From Octopus sinensis (Eukaryota): a DNA stretch of 64,000 nt. Location of the stretch: positions 2,108,001 to 2,172,000 of the forward strand of contig NC_042997.1 in NCBI RefSeq assembly GCF_006345805.1. Reading direction: 5' to 3'. Both the position numbers and the translations under genes were made by a program. Numbering within the stretch: the first letter of the stretch is position 1; each line of letters opens with the position of its first letter. Shown here one piece after another: positions 53,830-64,000 of the stretch. The notes under the pieces are model-generated. The model saw only the letters and a list, made by a program, of their open reading frames with translations, had not been told where the DNA came from and did not search any database.

Positions 53830-54759
53830 GTATGTTTACACATCTTTATATAAATATCTATGTAAAATTCATAAATATCATTATAAGGTTTTGTAAGACG
53901 AGTAATAGCAAAAAATGGCTAACATCTTGGAATATAGGTTTTATAGTTCATTTGTTCCCTCTATTTATTTTAAGAGCCATTGCAGTTAAAGACGCTATAT
54001 GGATGGAACAAATACTATTAGTGGTTCATTTTAGAACATTCTTTCTGTTGATTACTTTGATCAAAAGAATAGCCTTTACTAAGGACTGACAATTTTGTTG
54101 GGAAGGGGCTAATGCATTACATCGACCCAAGTACTGTCTATTATTTTAGCGTCCTGAAAAGTAGGAACGAAAAATCTCGATTTCGATGGCATTTGAACTC
54201 AGAACGTAAATCCTGAAGAAATACCATGCTTTCGAAATTTGTTGTATAGCCAGAAATTTTAGGACAAGTGTATGTTAACTTTATCGACCACAGAGAGTGA
54301 TTTTATGCACCCCAGAAGGAAAAGCAAAGTGAAATTTTAGGCAAGAGCTTAAAACCCGAAAATTCATCGAAAGTGCTCGTTTTTCTTTAATTGTCTGATA
54401 GTATAAACGTCATCGCCAACGACCGAATTCTTCATAATATTTTATCCTAAATAGAAAAAGACAACTTCAATACTGATTTATAGATGGTTATCTTTAATGA
54501 AATGTTTGATTGTTCTCTTGACTTGGTTTTGAATAAAGCAATAACAACATGTGTATGTCAGTATGTTTTATAAACTTTCATTCATTGACTGAAAGTGAAC
54601 CGAACGTCGATCCCAAAGCTTTGAATATTTGAATATTGAGAATTTTGTAATGAGTATTTCATTAGATACCAGAATAGATATTATCCAGATTTACACAGAA
54701 CACGGATCATGCGAAAGCCTGTATGACATAAGGTATAGTAATTCTTAAAGTGGCTTTAC

Positions 54760-55151
54760 GCATTGGCAAAATGTAGAACCTCGAGACTTAAGCAAAACCT
54801 GTTGTCATAGGTGCCCTGGGAATGATAGCAAAAGGGGCTGACTGCTACCTTGCTCATATACCAGGAAAACCCAAAATGGCAGAAAATCGAAAGATAGTAC
54901 TCATGGAAACTGCCCATGTCCAACCTAAAATACTGCTTATGTAACCTCAGATTTTAATACGAACTCATAATTTTCTTATGTTTTCTTAAACATTCTCTAG
55001 AACAATACTATGTAGAAAACCAAATATACGACCCCCTAGGCATAACACCAGCATGAACCTCTAACGTGTTGTCACTTGAGGTCTCTAAGTAGGACTTGGA
55101 GCCAACTAGTTCAAATAGAAGGCAAAAGTCAAACAAATAATAATAATAATA
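54760..55151 (+). mobile_element. R4/Dong-like LINE 3' end with (TAA)n tail
   Basis: PVVIGALGMIAKGADCYLAHIPGKPKMAENRKIVLMETAH is the RLE C-terminus; 3'UTR then (TAA)4. Confidence 0.85.
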
Positions 55152-55183
55152 AACAACTACTACTACTAGCAGCAGCAGCAGCG

Positions 55184-55253
<70 letters not shown>

Positions 55254-55270
55254 CAGCAACAACAACAACT
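55152..55270. repeat. Compound trinucleotide repeat (CTA)(GCA)n(GTA)n(CAA)n
   Basis: Directly visible; source of the poly-A/V/L/T ORFs. Confidence 0.95.
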
Positions 55271-56089
55271 GCAAAAACACGTCCAAATTCGAAGAACAAA
55301 ATTAATAGAATCTCCACACCAAATCCACTAAGCTTTTGTTACTAAATACATTTCTAATATATTGGTCCTTGAGAAGCATTTCTCAAACGGGCGATTCTTA
55401 AAATCTTAGTATATGAATTGATCCTGATAATCCTTTAAAAGCACATGCAATATGATTTATGAAAATTTTATATTAAATAACTCCCTCTGATTATTTTTCT
55501 TTCAAATCTTCCCTTAATACTGGAATATTTATGGCATAGGATCGTCAATGAAGAAGTGTTAACTACTGACTGACCTCAAGCCTTTTCTTCCAGTGTAGTA
55601 GCTATTTCTGTGGTTAAGATGTAAATGTCATTCACTTACTTGTCTGGACGTCTGTTAAACTTACGTCTCCAGGTCTGCATTGCATAAGGAAGGCATTATG
55701 TATTCCAGATGCCTAGTATTAAAGGTATGTACGATCTTCATAGATCCAGCTATTACGTGAGCAGCAGTGATGGCAATTCTGTTGCCTAAAGAAAATGGCT
55801 ATATAACCCACGACAGGTGCCGGGGTGCCGGATATTTTGGAAGCAAATCATTTTCCTAGGAACGACTTGATCTCTAATATTTAAAACCTATGGCAGTGAA
55901 CGTCGGCCAAAAGGCTTAGTAGTATTTCGTCTATTTTTACATTCTGAGTTCAAATTGCACCGAGGTCGACTTTGCCTTTTATCATTTCGTGATCAATAAG
56001 ACAAGTACCGTTAGAGGACTTAAGTCTATGTAATCTGCTTTTTCCCTTCTCAGAAATTGCAAGCCTTGTGCAAAAATTTAAAGGCAATA

Positions 56090-56300
56090 TTTAAAGACCA
56101 GTGGAATGCAGTTTTGGATGCACACAGAACCTTTGTTATATAAGGCGATAAAGCGTGGAGTGTACAAATTGTATGAATTCATGGAGTTCCAACTGTCCGA
56201 GGATCTCCTCTTGATTTCTCTATTTATCTGATCAGGAATTGTTTAAATCCAACTTGTTCTTCCAAGTAGGATATAAAATGTTTTCGTAACTGTTGCTAAT
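56090..56300 (-). mobile_element. Possible RTE-type RT relic
   Basis: Minus-strand EEQVGFK then (frameshift) PDQI (cf. EEQAGFR.GRS..DQI). Confidence 0.35.
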
Positions 56301-56489
56301 ATGTTCAGTATATGAAATATACAATTTTCCTAAGTGGAAAGTGAGCACAAGCCTTTTTTGTCCTACCTACAATTTTATAGGCTCCTAAAATGAAATACTA
56401 AAGTGTGATACAAGCTAAGATGTTATATTTGCTAGCCAATGACAACCGTTACACACACACGTACACACATACATACATACATACATATA

Positions 56490-56699
56490 TATATATACTG
56501 TGACCGCGTGTGTACCGTTGGCGATTTTTTTCCTGTGTTTCCCTTCTCTGGATCTTCCCTTCTCCTATGTTTCCAACGAAGAGCTCCGCTCGAAACATAA
56601 ACCCTCCTTCTTTCCTTCTTTCCTGAACGTCCAATAATACTATATTTGTTCCACGTCATCGCGTTGTTGTGTTTTTTGTGCTTTCTTGTTTGGATTAAC

Positions 56700-56700
<1 letters not shown>
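56490..56700 (+). repeat. Interspersed repeat with degenerate HHR motif
   Basis: TTT-CCAACGA-A-GAGC(TCC)GCTC-GAAAC-ATA-AA at 56570-56601; core mutated. Confidence 0.6.
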
Positions 56701-56775
<75 letters not shown>

Positions 56776-56861
56776 GAAAAATACAAACTGGGACAAGAAC
56801 GTAAAACATTTAGAAGAGGATACAAAAAACGGACGGGACATTCGAAGCCTTCAATCTTCAG

Positions 56862-56906
<45 letters not shown>

Positions 56907-58161
56907 TACACGCACAGACATGCATATAGACACACACACAAACACATATATATATATATATATATATGCTTACAATCGCACAGTGAATGATGTAATATCG
57001 CAAGGTGCTTTAGATTACCAAAGAGAAAGGGAGAGGAGAGGCCGAGAATGAGAAAAAGAGACAGTCTGACAGGCATGTCAACAGAGAGATATGTCGATCG
57101 ATTGGAAAGTAAAAAGGAAGCTGGTTATGTAGAAACTTGTTGAAAGATTTGTTCCAGATATTAAGAACACTTTTTTTAGTGTTATTGACTAAACAATGTA
57201 CACGATATATGTTTAAAAAATTTCAGCTATCGCAATGAATCTTCCTGTGACTCATTATTGTCTTGACATTTTCCTTCTGAATCAACAAATATTACTGATC
57301 TGTATAATTGAAAATGATTTGCTGTGAAAATGTTTTTTCTTTCATAGGCTAGGTTGTTTAGATATTTTTTCTTACTTACTGAATACTTTCATTTGGAGTT
57401 ATTCGTTTTATATTAGATTTCCTCTAGTATGTAATTCTATGACGTAAACTGTTAGTATTGTGTCACTGTTGATGGTGATATATCTTCATCCACTCTCGTT
57501 GAAAATTCAATGAAGGTGTGTTGGTGTAAATATCATTTTCATTCTCAGTGGTCGTGTACGTAGATATTTCAGTAACACTTGGAATTGTTCATATAATCTT
57601 TATCTGAATATCATTGTTTTCATATTACCCTTTCTACTCTTTCTTTGTCTCTCAATTTTTCCATCTTTCTCTTCATAAATATGTATGCATATGAGTGTAT
57701 ATATATGTATGTGCGGGTGTGTGCTGATGTGCGTGCGTGTGTGCGTATGTATGTATGTAATCCCAAGTCTTCCCTCTTATTTGTAGAGCTAACGAAGACG
57801 AACGTTTTATCCAACAAGTTTTTCTTGTATTTCGATCATTATATAATATTAGTGCAACGTTTCAAGAGGGTACTAATTTATAACTAAATTTGTAAATTTC
57901 TGGAATGAATACTTAGCTAACATTTTCGCATCAGAATTTCATAGAAATATAGTTACTCTCGATTCAGAGTGAGTGAGTGAATGAGAGAGAGAGAGAAAAG
58001 GGAGGAGGAGGGCGAGAGATATAGTGTGAGAGATGGAAAGATTCAAATAGAGAGAGTCACATCCAGGTAGTACTTGAAAATATCAACCTTTGTGTTTGAA
58101 TTCCTCGAATAAAAGAAAAATGTCACGTGGAGGTTGGTGTTTTCGGATTTTTGCCTTTTGA

Positions 58162-58957
58162 CCAGCAGATTTAGAAAATAATTTTTTGCAAATAAACACA
58201 TTCAAACTCCGTATACTGGTAGAATGTTTTATATAAAACACCTTTTACTCTTAACGTTTTTGAAAAAAAGTTTATATTTACGAAGTTATTTCGTGTTAAG
58301 TTGTCGTATTTCGTTAATTTCGACAAATCAATGACGTGTATTCAGCTGAATAAAATTACTGCTGTTGTTTGTCAACAAGAACTATCGCCGGTTTATATTT
58401 CGTTTGTCACTGTTATTTATGATATATTTCATCACAGTTACGTTTTTATGAATAAACGTGTGTATCTGAAGCATGTTTACTTCATAGAACCACTAACATC
58501 GTTCGGGCGTTTCTACTGCTTTTACTTTTTCTCATCCTGTTTTTCAGATACTATTTCCGGAAAGACTTTTTTGCCCCTACTCCAACCACTCTAATTTCTT
58601 CATTTTGTTCATTTTTTTCCGCGGCTTTAACTCTAAACACTAACTCTAACACTAACCCTAAAACCTGAAATCCAAAACCAGTAGAAACGCACGAACGATG
58701 TCATAAATAACGGTGACAAACGAAATATACACCATCGATAGTTGTTGACAAACAACGGCAGTAATTTTATTCAGCTGAATACACGTCATTGATTGGTTGA
58801 AATTATCAAAATACGACAACTTTAACACGAAATAACTTCGTAAATATAAACTTTCCTCAAAAATGCTAAGAGTAAATAATGTCTTATATGACACATTCTA
58901 ACAGTGTTCGAAGTTTGAAAGTGTTTAGTTAAAAAAACGTAATTTCTCGATCAGCCG
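58162..58957. mobile_element. MITE-like element with ~230-260-bp inverted arms
   Basis: 58194-58423 is the reverse complement of 58698-58926, with weaker extension outward; spacer contains ctaacac/ctaaccct repeats; no HHR found. Confidence 0.85.
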
Positions 58958-61081
58958 TTCAAAGGGAAAAGATCTGTGTTTTCTTCCTCAGTGCAGAGAG
59001 AGTCGAAACGATTTTTCTAGTTATGTAGATATTTTTGTAAACATAGATGACTTAAAATTTGGGTTACTGTAGAGATACTATTCATCAGCAGTTCTATGTT
59101 ATTACTTTCTTTTTATTTGCCGTGTGTCCATGATAAACTGTTTCACTCATAGGATAGAATCGGAAATATCCGGTAAAAAATAATCGTTCAAATATTTCTT
59201 TGTCTATCTATAATAAAATCGAGTGTTAAAAAATTGTTATGGTGAATATAACATTAATTTTTTTTTGCATTTTTAATAAATATATAATGTTGATTGGAAA
59301 TAGCAACATAAATTTCCTTCTTTAATGTTTGCGTCAGCAATTCTTAAACTGCTATAATTTGTTCTCAAGAGATTACATTTGATATAAATATATATATATA
59401 TGTACGTCTTTCGATAGTAAATGAAGAAAAAACAGCGTGTTTCTTCTCTTCGGTTTCAGCATTGTTCTTTCTCCTGACTGAATTCATAATTTTCATATTT
59501 CTTTATCGCCAAAAAAAAAAAAATGAAGAAAAACCCAGCACACCAAAATGATATAATAATATGCATTATTGTTGTCATATCAGCTTATATATTGCATCCA
59601 TATATATATATATACTCATATATATAATATATATATAAAAACACAAAGACCCACATGCATACACACGTACATATGTAAATACATATACACATAAATACAT
59701 AATCAATTTCAACTTCATATTCGCAACCGCTTTTGTGTCTCGGGAGAATTATTGCAAAGAGAAATAGCGTTATTTTCATATTGATTAATATGAAATTCTA
59801 AGGTTCTTAAACACGTAACCTAGATATGTACCCTGTCAAATTTGTAAACTTTTAATTATTAGACAATTTGTTGTAGATATTCTCACTAATATTTCTTTGA
59901 AACCTATTTGCTATATGTGCTATCACACACAAATAAAGTGAACACCGAATATTGAGGGAAATATGTACTCAAAATCATTAAATAATTCAGCACCCTATAT
60001 GTATATTGTTGCTAATACAATTTTCGTTATCTCCTTAATGTGTAAAAATATTCACGGTATTTAATGGTATTCTCATATATCGTTGATAGTCCAAATTTAA
60101 ATTCCATAGACATCTCTTATAAATCAGTGAATTCGTCAACTAATGCATGTGCTTTGAGACTTTCCATGCATCACTCTATTTTGCACAATGTGCAACTGGT
60201 TCATAGTTTTCTTTCTGTACTACATCCAATTACGTACGGGGAAATATTTTCTAGAAAATCAAATTACTTTTTCCTGAATATTCTATTGTTGTTTTAGTAC
60301 TTATTGGAATAGTATATGCTGAGGATGTACACATCCAATAATTATCAATCAGAACATAATTCATTGAACATCTCTCCATAAATAATTACCCTCAAGACCT
60401 TGTACATATTTGAAAACTTTTCAATGGTTATATAAGTACATACGTATTGAGTTACGTTGAAATTCAGTTCGTAAATCTCCCGAAAAGTGAGGAACACTTT
60501 AAATATACCGAAGATTTATAATAAAACAATAATTTCAGATGTCTTATAAGACTTGCCATTAAAGGGAAGTACAATTGTTTATTATAATACTTAAAGTGTG
60601 AGAAACAAGCAAGATGGAAATCCTCTTATCTTATATTGATATATCTACAGGGCAGGTTGCATTGCGTGTTGACATCTTTTATATGCATGATTGCTGAAAA
60701 TATGCTGAAAAACAGTGTTACATATACATATTCATATGATATTTTGTTCTGCACGTATCGCCAGCAGCTACTACCTTTTAGTTACTTCCTGGAAATAAGC
60801 ACATTCCACTTGTGTATTAATAATGTACATTGGGCAGTTAGTGCATCTATAATTATCTTACTCAGCTGCTTATATAAAGCTAACAAATATTTAAACAAAC
60901 ATCAAATAGATTGTGTTTGCTTACCTTTGAGGTGATGTACCATGAAAGCAGAATGAAAGCTATAACATCGTTTTATTGTAATAACAAAGAAACTGCCGTT
61001 AGGATTACATTTACGAGAACTAAACAGGTGTTGAAAGTATGTACCAATAGTTATTGTGAATGTTAAAGTAATATTAATACA

Positions 61082-61260
61082 AGGAGGAGGCGGAGGCGGT
61101 AGATGGGGACGATGAAGATGATTGATAATGACGACGACGATGTATATAATGATGGTTATGAATTTGAGTTTGATGGTGGTTAAGATGATGATGATGAGGA
61201 CGATGACGAGGACGACATTGACGATGACGATGATGATGAGGAGGATGATGATAAGGATCA
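61082..61260. repeat. Degenerate (GAT/GAC/GAG)n trinucleotide tract
   Basis: Directly visible. Confidence 0.9.
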
Positions 61261-61379
61261 TTATACGAATAGTATGATGTATTTGACAAGTAGAAGACAG
61301 GGAGCAGCTGAACGATTAACAATTTCTTTTTATATCAGACTAAAAAGAACAGAAGGACAGTGTAATTACTCCAAATTAA

Positions 61380-62890
61380 ATTGATACGAACATAATGATT
61401 TTACTTCGTTCAGAGAGATAGCAATCAGAATGATGATGAGGATGATAAAGAACTTAATGAGATAGTAAAAATTAAAATAATTGTACTTAAGATGAATATC
61501 AGGCTGAAAAAGTGGAAGAAAGTTTAGCCCAGACATGGTTGATTTTATGATTTAATGATGCAAAAACCTATTAGACCACATGATTTTCAAGCCAACGCAT
61601 TAAAAGAGGAAAATGAAATAGCGACGACTAAAAGGAGAGCTCGAAAGAAGGTATGGGAGAAAATTATGATGAAATAATTAAGCGGGTGACACAGGGCAGG
61701 GAAATGGGGTAAAGTCAAAGATGGTGATGTCAGAAAAATTATCAGTGTGTGTTGAAAATGATGTCTAAACTTAAGCAATCATTAGCAGAACAGTCTATAA
61801 CCGTTTTACTTTTTAGTTGGTATGTTGACGGCATTAATATCCTAGTTAAGACCAACTGCAGTAACGGTAATGTAGAAACTGAGAAACACATTATAGAGAG
61901 CATCCAACAAGTAGCTAAACACACCCACCAAAGTATCAAGGTAACAAACTAGTCATCCCAACAATAGACTCCCCGTCCTTGATACTGAAATCTGGTTAGA
62001 GACTGTGAACAACAGAGTGCCATTTCTCCACTGCTATTACAGAAAACACATAGCTTCGAAATAATCTGTTCTCAAGAAGTCAGCTTTGTCACACAACATG
62101 AAAATTAACATGCTGATAGCTGACTTAGGATAATGAAAAATGTGTCCCTACTATGCAAACACTATGAAGTGATGAAACGTGCAAAACTACATGCACCGCA
62201 TGCAATTCTCTGGATATGATCAGAAAGATAGGACTCGGGTATACAGGGGTGCTAGAAAGAAGTTAGATAACATTATATGTAGTGAAAACAATCGTACTTG
62301 TCCTAGATAGAGAAGCAAAGACTGGAATAGAATACAAAAAGCTTGTGACGAAGCAAACATGGTGAACACGTAGTATAAAACCGACAAATAGCGGGCAAAG
62401 CCATGTAGAAATAGCCTGTAGATTTAGGAAATCTCTGCAGAAGACCAAACACTACATTAAGATTGCGGAAAATCCAGGGAAATCAGATCACAACTATATA
62501 GGACATACCGCTTTGAGAATAACTTATGCACAAATAACTGCATGGTATATAGGATTAGCCCTGGCATTAATTGTAGAACTAGAAATGTAGTCACAGCATA
62601 AAATGCATAGAAGGTGCTTGTAAAGACATGGACATGACATACATATGGGAAATATTTAGGAGTATTACGGAACGACTAAATGAAAATTTGAGACAATATG
62701 ACGACAAAATACAGTCCTCCGTACTCTACCAACATGCCAAGGACCGACATAGAGGCAACCAGCGCCAACTTGTCATCCACATTTTATACAAGCACCTAAA
62801 GGACGCAACCCTCAGACAAATAGAGGAGTACGTGCTCATAAATGAAATATCCCCAGTACTCAATAGGAAATATACGTCGTAGGTAATCAT
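61380..62890 (+). mobile_element. Decayed Penelope-like element (RT plus GIY-YIG)
   Basis: WYVDGINILV (YVDD motif), LPVLDTEIW, NCRTRNVV and TYIWEIFRSITERLNE...SSVLYQHA..H...DATLRQIEEYVLINEISPVLNRK (GIY-YIG C-terminal pattern); many stops. Confidence 0.8.
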
Positions 62891-62959
62891 ATTCCCATAC
62901 CCACAGTTTATATTTATATACAGGTAGAATAGTTAGTGGGTTGTTATATAGATGGGCTG

Positions 62960-63480
62960 TTATATAGTATGTGCTTGTGTATATTTGTATACGTATATGT
63001 ATATGCACATGTATGTAGGCAAATGGATATGAATGTAAACAGATGGTCATATAGACGGATAGGTACATAGGTAATATAAAAAGACAAGCACATATACGCA
63101 AACATACGCAAATGAAGACTGAAACACATGACCATATAGGCACACACTTCACTTGACACAAGGACACATAGGGAGACACACATCCACACATATGGAGATA
63201 CACGTTAATACATACAGATACACTAATACATACACACGCAAGGAGACAGGTACACACACAGACACATAGAAATACACACACAGAAAAGCACACAAACACG
63301 AACACACGAAACACAAACACAAACACATGAATATGCAGAATACATACATACAAACTTACACACACACACATATATATATATATATACATACGCGCACACA
63401 CATACATGCACACACACACTTACATGCATACATACATGTGTATGCGCACACACACTCACCCACACGCATGCGCACAAACA
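62960..63480. repeat. Degenerate CA-rich microsatellite field
   Basis: Directly visible; source of the overlapping CV/HT ORFs. Confidence 0.9.
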
Positions 63481-64000
63481 AGCAGAAAGAACGCAGCTCG
63501 GATAACAGAGAGAGTGAATAAATATTGAACAGGTTGCTATACGCAACGGAAATTTTCGAAAATTAAAGAGTAAATGAGTGGTAAATTTACCGGTGAATGT
63601 GTTAAATAATAAGGCACTAAAAGAGAATAACTTTCCCAAAGTATCTATACTTTTTTTTAAATATATGTACCGGGCCATAAGTTCTGAAGATGTTTAAATT
63701 AATTGCAATAGCCCAAGTACATGTAACGCACTTAAGGTTATCGCACTTGAGAGAAAATGAACGGCAAATTTAAACTCAGATTTGAAATGAAAACGAAAAA
63801 AGCCGAAAAATACAGAGATTCTGCCAATACAACACACAAGCGATGAAAATAAAAAGAATAATCATAACGTACAAAAACAAAAACTAAAGTAGTTATTAGA
63901 ACCAAACTGTATTTAAGTGAAAATGAATAAATCATTGGAATGTTCAAAGGATATGGTGTATTTTAATATATAAATTCTAAATACCGGCAGATATCAACGT

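Noticed and set aside
56760-56855. Minus-strand CTGAAGA-TTGAAGGCTTC-GAATGTC as a hammerhead
   Set aside because: GAAA core is GAAU and the helices are not convincing.
60060-60420. Very old Dong-like RT trace on the minus strand (VDEF...MEFKFGL)
   Set aside because: A single weak motif; not enough to annotate.

Overview
This window is AT-rich, microsatellite-dense eukaryotic DNA with no recognisable host protein-coding gene. The SINE, LINE, Penelope-like, mariner and Helitron mix resembles a cephalopod (Octopus-like) genome; that taxon is my inference, not verified. Nearly all long ORFs in the track are microsatellite artefacts or transposon remnants. Recognisable elements are R4/Dong-like, RTE and CR1-like LINE fragments, Penelope-like (PLE) RT/GIY-YIG relics, three Tc1/mariner-superfamily elements, a tandem non-autonomous Helitron, a long-arm MITE and several tRNA-derived SINEs. 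Three signals stand out. (1) Three neighbouring fold-back elements at 13.4-17.5 kb each carry a minimal type I hammerhead ribozyme (HHR) motif in both arms, so on both strands; the three HHR sequences are unrelated yet share a non-canonical A.A at the base of helix II. (2) One ~420-bp SINE has been expanded to ~6.2 kb by four nested insertions (43.8-50.1 kb), including an ORF1-only retroelement with an 11-bp target-site duplication (TSD) in the SINE tRNA head. (3) Inside that nest lies a short TSD-flanked element that joins a tRNA-like Pol III head to a hammerhead-like motif. All calls are from reading the sequence by eye; no database searches or folding programs were run, and boundaries of degraded elements are approximate.
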